Source: a virus. From it: DNA of 64,000 nucleotides. Under the pieces are notes generated by a model that ran no database searches, had not been told where the DNA came from, and saw only the letters and a program-made list of their open reading frames with translations. Both the position numbers and the translations under genes were made by a program. Where the stretch lies: positions 1-64,000 of the IMG/VR virus record IMGVR_UViG_3300046522_000512. One strand, written 5' to 3'. Position 1 is the first letter of the stretch. Each line of letters begins with the position of its first letter. Below are positions 37,101 to 49,100 of the stretch, one piece after another.

Positions 37101-40100
37101 CGCCGACCGCGACGACCTGAACACCCTGGTCGATGGCGGCGCGAACCACGCCCTCCATGACCGGGTTGACGTCCTGCGCTTCGTCCCAATACAGGGTGTC
37201 GGCGTCGATCTTGAACCCACCGACCGCCCACATCTTCACGATGTAGTCGAAGTCCATCGGCAGGTCTTGACCCGCGTCGCCCTTGGTGGGGTCGGACAGG
37301 TTCGCCCACATGCGGTCGGCGAGCGGCTTCACCGCGTCGAACAGGTCGCGGGCCTCCTGCGCCGTCTTGGCGCCGGTGATGTGCTGCGGGCCCATCTCCG
37401 CGTCCGACGACTTCGCCCACGTCTTAATCATCAGCTCGGCGACAGTCGCGGCACCGCCCGGGGCCAGATCCCGGTCCCCGGCCTTCACCGTGTCGTACCA
37501 GCGCATGCGGTCCGCGATCTGCTGCGCGGACAGCTTCTTGAACCCGCCCGCCTTGTGGTTGGGCAGACGGTTGTTCAGCCGCTTGTCCGCGACCTTCGCC
37601 GCGTACCCGTTGGCCGTCGAAGCGGTCAGGTTCTTCGCGTACTCGCCGCGGGCCTGCGCCTCGCGCGCCTCGTTCGCCACCGACCGGTTGAACGCGAGAT
37701 AGACGATCTTCTTGCCCGGCATGCGGTGCGACAGCATCTTGAGCGTCGACGACTTGCCCGTACCGGCGAGCGCCATCACGGCCATGTTCAGGCCGCGGCG
37801 GGCCGCGCCCTCGATGATGATGCCCTGCTCCTCGGTGGGCGGGTACGCCTCGTTCGCCGCCGCCGCGGTGTCGATCCGCGCCCACTCCTCGTCGGAGTAG
37901 CCGCCCGCCTTGGCCGCGGGCAGGTCTTCCACCCGGTGCACCAGGCCGGTGGTCTCCGCGTCGTTCAGCCCGTACCCGGCCAGCCGGTCACGGATGACGT
38001 CGCCGCGCTTGCGCGGGATGACCTTCCCGTCTTCGCCGTACTCGGGCGTCGGGCTCCACCGGCGCCGCTCCTCTTCCTCCAGCTCGAACCGGCGCTGCTC
38101 CAGACGGAGCCGGTACGCGAGATCGACGGAGTCGGTCGCGTCCTGCAGCGGCGCGATCTGCTCGTCGAGAGTGTCGATCTCCTCGCCGATCTGGTCGCCG
38201 TCCATGTCGGCCGGCGGGGTGGCCGGGACCGGACGGGCATCCGACGGCGCGGACGGCCGCGGTGCCTTGCCAGCCGAGTCCGGGGCGCCCTGCTGCCTGG
38301 CGATCACGTCGCGGCGGTGACGCAGCTCTCGCTGAACGTCTGCCACCTGCGCCCCGAAGCGGCCAGAGCGCTCCTCCGGGGTCATCTCCTGGTCGTGCAG
38401 GGCATCAGCCAGGTGAAGGGCCGTCTCGCTCGCGGGGCCGAACACTCCGCCCGCGGCCTCACCCCACTGCTGGTCAAGGAACGTGAACAGCTCGTTGGAC
38501 AGTTGTCCGACGCGGTCCCGCGGCTCGTCGCCGAACTGCTCCTGATAGCCCGCCTTCAGCGAATCGAGTGCGTGGCGGCTGGTCGCCTTGTTCTTGGCGA
38601 ACAGGGCGCTCATCGGCAGGTCGCTGGACGCCGGGGCCGGCTGCGGGGCGTCGGCGGACCGCTGCCGCTCGGGCGCCTTCGTGACTCGATTGAAGGGGAT
38701 CGTCTCGCGGTCACCCGCGGGTCCGTCCACGACCACACCGTCATCGGTGGTCTCCACGACGGTGCCCAGCTTGCGCTGCGCGGGTCCGCTCTCGTCGTAC
38801 CAGTAATGGACCTTGTCGCCGGATTCGAACTGCTTGCCGTCGTCCGCGGACGGAGTCGGCTGGGGCAGAGGCGTCGTCGGGGTACCGGCGGCAGGCGGGT
38901 TCTCCTCGAACACGCCGTCACGGGTCCGCCCCATGATGTCGATGTACGGCACTTCGCGTTCCGCGCCGTTGCGGCCACGGAGAACGGCCGTGTCCTGGTT
39001 GGCCGAGCGGACGAACTCGCCGCTCTGCTGCATGTTCATGGCGTTCCGGTTGGAGAAGGCCACGGTGTCACCGGGCTGGAAGTCGCCGTCCTGCCAGGCG
39101 CGGCCGGTGGAGGGCGCGTCGCTGCCCTTGGCCGGGGTTTCCGGCGCGGGGGCCGGGGTGCCCGTCAGGCTGCGCCGGAACTGCTCCTGCGCCTCCCGCT
39201 CGATGCGGTCGCGCTGCGCGTCCTCGCGGCGACGCTTCTCGACCGTCACCGCGTGGCGGGCAAGGTAGTCGTCGGTGACCCGCATGAAGTTGTCCAAGGG
39301 CGCCTCCATGCCCTGGCGGTCGGTGTCGGTCAGCCGGTTCCGCAGGCGCTGCGCGTCCTCGCGGGCACCGGCCAGAGATGCGGCCGTGTCCTCGGTGTCG
39401 CCGGACTCCTGCGCGGCGATGGCTTGGAACACGTTGTCGCGCAGCGAACGGGCCGGGGCGGGCATGTCCCGGCCCCACGTGGTCTCGGCCGCGCTGGTGA
39501 CCTGACCCTGCGCGCCTTCCACTCCGGTGATGCCCGCGCGCCACTCGCGCTCGTTGGCGAACGGGCGCACCGTGTCGGCCGGCTTGGGGGCCGGGCGAGG
39601 GGCGGCCGGAGCCTGCGGGGCAGGCCTCGGGGATGGAGGCTGCGGCCCCGTTCCGGGCGTCCCGGACGCCTGCGGCGTCTGGCTGTTGCGTTCCTGGGGC
39701 GCCTCGTCGGCCGCGTCCAGGGCTGCGAGACGGGCCGTGCGGGCTTGTTCCCGCTCGTCGCGCAGAGCACGTGCCCGGCGCTCGCCTTCGGGCGTCATGA
39801 CGTAGTACTTGATCGAGCCTCCGCCCACGCGGGGCTTGCTCCGCTCGTCGGCGTACCCGAGGCGGAGGAGGCGACGGATCACGTTCGGGTGGGCCTCGAT
39901 CTGCTGGCCGTCGGGCCCGAGGCCCGAGTTCAGCGCGCTCTCAAGCGCGCGGGCCTGCGCGGTCGTCAGGCTCGGCTCGGCCTCGGGCTGCGAGGCCGGG
40001 GTCTCCTTGGGGGCGTCCTGGCCCTCGGGCTCGGCGCCGGTCCGGTCGGCGGCTGGGGATATCTCGGCGAGGTCGGCGCGGACCTTCTGCGGGTCCAGCG

Positions 40101-43100
40101 TGACCGTTTCGCCGCTGTTCTGGCCGCTGGGTGTCGAGGACTGTTCGGCGGCGGCGCGGGCGGCGCGGTTCTTCTCGCGGCGCTGCTGCTCACGCTCCAG
40201 CCCGGCGTGGCGGACCACGTCCTTGTCGCTGGCCTCGCCCTTCGCGATCCGCTCGGCGAGGGTGTCGGTCTCCTCCTTCAGGTCGGCATTGTTCATACCG
40301 AGGGCGTCCGGCTGCGCCGGGGCGGCCTGCGCACTGGACGACGTCCGCGCCAGGAACGCCTCACGCTTCGCGGCGAGCTTCTTCGCCCGCGCCGCGTCCC
40401 GGGCCTCGGTGGTGGGCCATATCCACTTCACGCGGCCCTTGTCGTCCTGCGAGATGGCAGGCGGGGCCGGTGTCTTGGGGACCAGGTTCACATCCCGCGC
40501 GGCGACCTGCGCAAGGACGTCTTCCTGGTCGTTGGACATGGCGCGCAGTTCGGCGTCCAAGGCGGCGATCTGCTTGTTGCGCTTGGCGGTGTCCTCCTCG
40601 GTCACCGTGGGCTGCGCCTTCAGCCGCATAATCTCGTTGAGGAGGTCCAGTTGCCGGGTGGACTCCTCGAACACGGTGGCGAGTTCGAACGGCTTCCCGA
40701 TCCGGCCGGCTGCCTGCTCGGCGGCCCGCTTCTTGTCCGCGCGCCGGTGTTCGGCGCGCTTGATCCGCTCGTCGATGTTGGCGATCGAGTTCTCGATGCG
40801 GGACAGCGGCAGCGTGCGCGGCTTGCCGTCGTGGTCGATGAGCTCGTGGTCCTCGTAGTCCTGCCAGGCGCCCGGGACCTGGGGCAGGTCGACGCGGACC
40901 GTGTTGTACCACTGGTTGCCGATGCTGCGGGTACGGACGAACCGGGCGGTGACTTCCAGGCCGCCAACCCGGCCGATCGGGATACCGGCCGCATTCTCGT
41001 CGTACGGGCGGCGCATGCCGTCCGCGTACACCGCCCGCAGGGCCGTGTTCAGCGCGTTGCGGGCGTCGTCGCGGGCGTCTCCGCCCTCGAAGTCGGTGGT
41101 GCCGATGGTGGCGTTGAAGTCGTCGCCGCGGGTGGGCTTGCGCTTCTCGACAGCCTGCTGGAGCTGCGCGACGTACTGCTTGGTCCACTCCTCGGCCTGC
41201 GCGGAGTCGCGGATGGCCTCCTTGAAGCCCTCCTGGGAGCGCCGGTAGGCGTTGAAGCGGCCCCGCAGCCGGTTCACGAGCGGCTTGAGCTGCGCCTGGG
41301 CGATCAGGTGCGGGTCGCCGGCGGTGAGGGCGCTGACCTCGTCTGCGTCGAAGTTGACGGGGCCGATGTCCTCGACGACGCGCTCGGAGAGCGAGCCGCG
41401 CATGAGGGCCCGGATGAACTTCGCCTTACGGGCGATGGCTTCCCAGAACTTGGCGTCGGTGGACCGCTCGGTGGCGTACTGGAAGATGGCGACTTCGTCG
41501 TTGGCGTTGCCCTGCCGGATGACGCGGCCGTTGCGCTGGTCGACGTCGGCGGGCCGCCACGGGGCGTCCACGTGGTGCAGGGCAACGGCGCGGAGCTGGA
41601 CGTTGGTTCCGGTGCCCATCTTGGCCGTGGACCCGAGCAAGACGGAGATCTTGCCGGAGCGGGCGTCGTTGAACAGGCGGGCCTTGGCCGCGTCGTCCTT
41701 CGCCTCGTGGATGAAACGTATCTGCTCGGCCGGGATGCCCCGGGCGATCAGGAGCGACTTCAGCTCGTCGTACGTGGAGAAGTCGGTGTAGGTCTCCTCG
41801 TCGTCGCGGGACAGCGACTCACTGCCGTCGTCGGTGAGGCTGGCGTCCATCTCGTCGGCGTCGGTGCCGCTGCCGGCCTTCTTCTTCCGCTTCTTGCTGC
41901 GGCCCGGGTCCTTCGGCGTGCCCAGGTCGAGGAAGACGATTTGCAGGCCGCCCGGCGTGTCGTGCGGGGTGGCGTCGGTCTTGCTCGTGGGGAAGACGGC
42001 GTCCTTCGTCTCCCCGTAGATCCGCACGACGTTGTCCGCGACCGTCGGCAGCTTGTTGCCGCCGCCGAGACTGGGGTCGAGAAGGCGCGGGTCGAGCGCG
42101 GCCATGCGGCCGTCGCCGAGGAGCTTGAGGTGGTTGTCCTCCTTCGGATCAACGTTGCCGCCCTCAAGGCGCGCTGCGCGGGCCCGGAGCAGTACCTCGT
42201 ACTCCTCCTGCGCCGGGGACATCGGCATGGTGATCGTGACGGCCTTGCCGCCGACGATGCCCGGCACGGGAAGGTCGAGGTCTTCAGCCGTCTTGACGTC
42301 GGCGAACGAGCGCCACAGCCGCAGCAGCTCGGGCACGTTCTGGAACGCCGCCAGACGCGTCTTCTCCTTGTAGGAGCCGTCAGGGCTGCGCTCGACCGCG
42401 GAGACCATCTGCGCGAACGTGGACGCGAAGTCGTCGAAGTCCAGCATCCCGAGCTCTTCGAGCAGGTCGGGGCGCAGGTAGCGCATCATCGTGTGGACTT
42501 CAGCGATGCTGTTCGCGACGGGGGTGGCCGTCGCGAACGTCACGACACGGCCGGTGTCGGACCGCTTGCGCAGCCACTCCAGCTTCATTTCCAGGTCGGA
42601 GGCCCGGTTGGAACCGTCGATCGCCGCGACCGAGGACGGCGTGTCGAGGTTCTTGTACATGTGGGCTTCGTCGACCACGAGGTAGTCGACGCCCATGTCC
42701 TCGAAGTGCAGGCCCGCAGCGTCTTTGAGGCCGCTGAGCTTCTTGTCCAGCTTCTCCTCAAGGCTCTTGAGGCTGGCCTCCATGCGCTTGACGAGGCGGG
42801 TGTCGTTGCCTTCGCCGTCGGCGTCCTTCTGCCGGAGGATCTTTTCTCGCAGCCGCTCCACGCGGCGGCCGATGTAGTCCTCTTGGATCTCCGGGCGCAT
42901 CTGGATCGACTCGAACGCGGTCTGCGTCAGGATGATCGCGTCGTAGTCACCGGCCGCGGCCCGAGCGATGAACTCGCGGCGGCCCTTGCCCGCCAGGTCT
43001 TCGCTGCTCGCGGTGAGGATCCGGTTGTTCGCAACGGACTCGGGGAAGATCTCCGCGAACTCGTGCCGGAACTGCTCCAGCATGTGCCCGGGGACGACCA

Positions 43101-46100
43101 TCGCGGCCTTCTTCACCAGGCCCAGGCGCCGCAGCTCCATGACGCCCATGGCCATCTCGGCCGTTTTGCCTGCACCGACCTCGTGCGCCAGGAGCACGGA
43201 CGGCTCATTGACCATCCGGGCGACGGCGGCGTGCTGGTGGGGGTGCGGGTCGAACCACTCGACCAGGCCGGGGATGGTGCGGCGCTGCCCGTCGTAGGAG
43301 CGCGGCGCCATCGAGTTGAAGTTGTCGTTGTAGAAGCGCTTGTGCTTCTCGGCGCGGTCGGGGTCGGCCCACAGCCAGTCCGTGAACGCCTCTCGCAGGA
43401 GGGTGGCCTTGGCCTGTGCGTCCTCGGTGGCGTCCTTGTCGTAGACGCTCTTGGCGTTCTCGCCGTGGCCTTCCTTCTTGGTGACGACGATCTTGCGGTT
43501 GGTGAGGATCGCCTCGGCGATCTCCAGAGCGGTGTAGCCCTTCGCGCTCCACGTGTGTGCGGTGCGCTCCGCGATGCTCTTCTTCGCCCCGTCGGGGGCG
43601 TCGACCGCCCACAGGGCGCCGCCCTGCCAAGACACCGTGATCCGCTGGTCGCCGAGGGTCTCGCGGAGGAACTGTTCGACCGGCTCACGGCCGATCCAGG
43701 AAGCGCCCATCGGGGCGGCGATCTCGCCGGTGGACAGATCCGGCGGGACGACCCGCTCAAGGTGCTCGACGTTCAGGTCGTAACGGCTGTCGTCTGCCGC
43801 GGCGCGGCGGGCCTCATCGAGCTTCGTGCGGACGTTCCCCGACAGGTAGTCCGCGGCCGTGACGAGCTCGCCGTCCGGGGCCTGGAACGCCATCGGGTAC
43901 TCGACGCCGGTGTCCGAGTCGACGGAACGAGCCGTCAGCAGTCGCGCGATGGCAGTGTCTGCGTCGGTGCGCATGACGCGGGCGAGGCCGTCGGCGGTCA
44001 GCCGGCCGTCGGTCTCCAGCACGATCGCAAGAGCGTCCTGCGGGTCGTCCGCGTACTTCGCGATCTCCCGGTACGTGCCAAGCCGCTTGCTGAAGATCGG
44101 CGCCTTGGTGGTCTTGCGGGTGGTGTCGTCGAACTCGTCGAGCGGCGTGATGTTCGACATCGTCGGGTCGTTGGTGAACAGGCCACCGCGCGCCGCCTTC
44201 TTGCGGTACGTCTTCTCGACCTTCTCCCCGGTGTCGGGGTCGATGGCGGTGCGCTTGGACCACGTGAACCGGTTGATGGCGCCGAACTTGGAGTGGTAGG
44301 CGTCGTACTGCTTGTTGAGCGCCTCCCGGAGTCGCTCGATCAGGGACTCGTCGGCGTCCTTGCGGTTCTCCTCCGCAAGGAGGGACTGGAACGTGTCGCG
44401 GATCGCGAGGAGCTGCCGGGCCTCGTTCGCCTGCGTCTTGAAGACGGGGAAGGGGTGCACCATGCCGTCGCGGACCTGCGTGAAGGACCCGTCCGGTTCG
44501 GCCTGCACGTGCCCGTCGACCCGGGAGGAGCCGGGCGGCAGAAGCGTGACCTTGCTGCGGCCCTCCGTGTCGGGCTTGTAGGCGAGGCCTGCCGCCTTCG
44601 CCTCCTCGACGGTCCGCTTCAAGGCCCGTTCCAGGTTGGCGATGGTCTTGCCGTCGCCGTCCACGCGCAGCTCGTTGTCCCGGTGCATGCCGTGGCCGAC
44701 CGCGAGCTTGCCGAGGATCTGCTGAGGGTTGTCGTGGAAGTAGCTGTTGTAGAAGACAGGCGGCTCGACCTGATCCGGCGGCGTGCCCGGCTTGGGCGGC
44801 GTCTGCCCGGGAAGGGCGTACGTGGGCAGGGAGTGCACCCACATCGGCGGGTCGTTCTGCGTCCGCTCCGACGGCCGCTTGATCTCACCCTTGCGGTTGC
44901 GGCCCGATGTGAACGACTTGCTCTTGTCGCGGCGCCGGAAGATCAGAAGGTCCGTCATCACCGACGTGCCCGCGGTGCGCTGGTGCGCGCCGGACGGCAG
45001 ACGGATCGCGCCGACCAGCTCGCCCTTCTCCGCCATCTCCATACGGGCGGCCTCGCTGCGCCCGCCATGGCCGTCCATCGTCAGCGACGACGTCACGACC
45101 GCGACCAGGCCGCCACCACGGGTCAAGTCCAGGGACTTGAGGATGAAATGGTTGTGGATCGAGTGGCCACCCTTGTTGTGCACCAGGTCGGGCACCTTGT
45201 ACCGGCCGAATGGCACATTGCCGACCGCCGCATCGAAGGTGCCGTTGGGGGCGCGGGTGTCACCGAACGACTCGTGCCGGACCTCGGCGTGCGGGTAGAG
45301 GGCCTTCGCGATGCCCGCGGTGATCGAGTCGACCTCGACACCGGTCATGTGCGTGCCGTCGGGCGCGTAGCCGATGAAGTTGCCGACGCCGGATCCGGGC
45401 TCCAGCACACTGCCGGCGTCGAACCCGAGGTCGGTCAGGGCCGCCCACATCTGCTGCACGATCTGCGGGTCGGTGTAGTGCGCGTTCAGCGTGTTCGCGC
45501 TCGCGTCGGCCCACTCGGCATCGGACAGCAGCTCACGCAGCCGCTTCGCGAGCGGCTGGAACTGCGCATCCGGCTGCGGCTTGAAGATCTGGGGGACCGC
45601 ACCCCACCCGGAGTACCGGGCGAGTTCCTGCTGCTCGGCCCCGGTCGCGGGACGGTTCTCGTCCTGGAGGCGGCGCAGGATCTCGATGGCGGCGATGTTC
45701 GCCTTGGCCCGGTTGACCGGGCTCGACGGAACGAGAGTCTTCCCGTCGGCAGGGGGCTCGTAGGCCGGAGCAGTGGCCTGCTGCTCCGGCGTACCGAACG
45801 CTACGGGAGCTGAGGCAGCTCCACCCGCGGCATGTCCTTCGTCTCCGTTCCCGGATCCTTCGGCATCCCGTACACCATGTCGTGCAGCACCCGTTCCCGG
45901 GCCCGCATCCGGACCGACTTCAGCTCGCGAGCCCGCGCCACCGCGTCCGTGCCCTCCTGCAGCGGAGGAGCCCACTCCTCCGTCAGTTCCTCGATCTGCT
46001 GCACGATCTCGTCCGACCGCTCCCGGGCGAACTCCTCGAACGCCTTGTCCGTCGGGAACCGATCCACTTCCAGCGGCCGGTACGTCTTCCAGAACGTCCG

Positions 46101-49100
46101 AACGAGATCCACGTACGACACTGTCATTGCTCCTCTTGTGCTGTTCGGACAGGGCCTGTCGAGCGACGCTCACGTTCTCACGCGCCAGGCGCAGGAACTC
46201 GGCCGCATGGGCATGGTTGGCGCCGCCGCGGCCGCGCAGGGCGCGCTGCATTCCGTCGAGGGCGCCTTGGAACTGCTGGATGGCTTCCGACGGCGTGATG
46301 TCACCGCGCTTCAGCGCGTCCACGGCGTCACCGGCAGGCGCCGCCAGGTCGTGCGCGGCGGGCGCTCCACGCAGCTCGGTCAGACTGTTGATGACCGGGC
46401 CGAGCTGCTGCTCCGCCACATCGAGCGCTTCCACGATGTGGTTGCCCGCGGCGGTGGTAGCCGCCATGTCGGCCAGGCTCGGGCCCTGGTCGGCGTTGGG
46501 GGCCGGCTGCGGGGCCGCCTCGGGGGCCGGGGCGGGGGCGTGGTCGGTGTCGTGCTCGCGCACCAGGTCCGCGAGGGCCGCCTCCTCGGTGAGGAACGGC
46601 TTCTTGGAGCTGTAGCGGGTGCCGTGACCGAGCCGGTTCCACGTCCAGCGACCCGCAGAGCCCTGGAGCGTGGCGTCGTCCTGGTTGCCGCCATCGACGG
46701 CGGCGGGGCGGTGGCCCGACTCATTGTGCGCGCCGAGCTGGACGCGGGAGAGCTGCTGTGCGTACGCCTGTCCGTCGCGGCGCTGGGCCTCGGCGAGGAT
46801 CGCCGTCTTCTCAGCCTGGGCGCGGGCCCTCTTCGCCTGGTCGCCGGAGGACAGGGTGTCAGACCAATCCTGGTCGGCCTTCGCAAAGGCGGCGTCGAGG
46901 TCCTCGCGCGACACCTGCGACCAATCCCGCTGCTCGGGCTTCGCCTGCGGGGCGTCGGGGTTCGGGGTGTTGGTGCGGTCGCCCGCGTACGGGGTGCCGT
47001 CGGGGCGGGTGATGTCCTTCAGCGCGTGGGAACGCGTGCCCCGCTCGGCGCGCACGAGCACAGAGCCGGAGTCGCGGTTTACGGCCATGACCGAGCCGAC
47101 ACCGTCAGGCGAGTTGACCTCGTCGCCGTTGTTGGGGAAGTCGCCTTCCGGCGTGGCCTGCGGGGCGCTCGGCGCGGCCGCGGCCGGGGTAGCCGCAGGG
47201 GCCGGGGCGGGCTTGTTCTGCTGCTCCTGCCGCTTGCGGTACTCGTTCGCGGCGTGGGACTCCGGGGCGCCGTGGGCGATGTCCCACTGGCCCCGCTGGT
47301 CGTCCATCTGGTTGCCGAAGGCCCGGCTCCACACCCCGACCCGGTGCCGCTCGCGGGGGCCCAGCTTCGGATCCCACCAGTCGACTTCCTGGTCCGGGTT
47401 GGACGACTCGCGCACCCCGCGGCCGACCTGCATGGCGAACTGGCTGGCATCCTCCCAGGACTTGAAGCCCTGCCCTGCGCCGCCGGACCAGCCGAGGGCT
47501 CTGCCGTCGTAGGCGCGGTGCACATCGAACCGGTGGGGGCCGCGCTGGACGATCGCGAAGCCGAAGTGGTTGGCCATGGTGACGTTCCACTTGGGGTTGC
47601 CCGCCATGGCGCGCACCCCATCGCTGTACACGCGATCCAGGCCCGGGGCGCCGCCGTTCTTCCAGTACTCGCGCAGCTCACCGGTGTTGCCGGGCTTACG
47701 GAAGCCGACCTTGTCGTCGCCGTTGTTGCCGCTCGGTCCGACGTGGCCGACGGCGATGTTCTGCCGGGGGATGCCAGAGGTGTCGGCGATGGACTGCGCG
47801 GCCTGCACGAGCGGGTTCGGCCGCTCGGTCGGGGCCGCGGGAGCCGCGGGAACGGCCGGGGCCGGGGCCGGCGGGAGGACGGCGGGGGTCGCGGGAGCGG
47901 GCGTGTTCCTCGCGGCCGCGCCCTCACGCTTCTTCGCGGCCTTGTCCGCGAATACCTTCTTCGCCTCCACGCTGGCCTGGCGCACCATCTCCTGGCCCTC
48001 GGGAGACTCCAGGCGCTGGTGATAGCCGGGGCTGTCCCAGTCGAACGGCTTGTCGCCGAGCTGGGCGGCCTCCAGGCGGTTCGCGAAGTCGACGGCTTCG
48101 CCCTTGCGCTCCGACATGGCCAGGCGGACGCCGCTGCCGGAGACGATGACCGCGTATCCGGTCTTGCGCTGGCCGTTCTTCTCCACGGTCATCTTGGCGA
48201 TGACGAACCGGCCGCCGCGGGAGAGCTGCGGCCTGTCGAGCTTGGCGAACAGTGCGGCGGTTTCCCGCTGGTGCCGCTCCTGCTGGGCCTTGTCCTGCGT
48301 GTACGGCTCCAGATTGCCCTTCCGCCAGTAGGCCTGAAGCTCGTCGAGGTTCTTGAAGAGTTTGCCGCCCAGGGCGCTGGCCGGTCTGGCTGCCTGCGGC
48401 CGCATGGGCATGCTCGTGTTGCCTTCACCCGGGGGCAGGCCTCCGCGAGAGCCGGGGCCCTTCTGGGGGCCGTCGGAGCGCCAGGCCCGGGGAACGAGCG
48501 GCTGACTCTTCGGGCGGTTCTTCCTCGGCGCGGGGATCGGCTCGTTGCCGTGACTGGTGAAGCGCTCGTGAGCGAGGCGCAGCGCGTCACGCAGGTTGGC
48601 GGCGTACCGGGCAACCTCGTCCTGGCCGTCGTTGTGGGCGATCTCCGACAGCTGGTTGGCCTCGTCCGCGAGCCAAGACAGGCGTTCCACGTCGTCCGGG
48701 TTGAGCTGGTCGTTCTTGTCGTCCCGGACGTCGAATCCGGTACCGGCGTCGGCCAGGCTGTCGTACAGCTCGTCGGCTTTGGCGTTGTGCCAGTTCGCCG
48801 GCCAGACGCCTTCCAGGTCCCCGAAGTACTCCTCACTCAAGTCGCGCACGGCGCGCCGGGCGTGGCTGGTGTCCCAGAACTGGTGGAAGTGGTCGTCTAC
48901 CGGGGGGCCGGCGGCGCGCAGCGCATCACCGTTGCCCATGACGTGCCGCTCGTGGGGGGTGTCGTCCGCGTTCCTGTCGATGGGCAGCAGGTCGGGGAAG
49001 CTCGGCATGGCGACGTTGCCGCGCCGCCGGGGCGGCAGAGGGTCGCCGTCGTTGTCGTGGATGTTCGTCATGACGCGGCCCTGCGGGACGAGCGGCTGAT

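Noticed and set aside
34300-45813. 3837-aa plus-strand ORF (also 25183-30363, 45832-49869, 5442-8951, 21075-23183)
   Set aside because: Antisense shadows of high-GC3 minus-strand genes. No motifs, and composition typical of reverse-frame reads.
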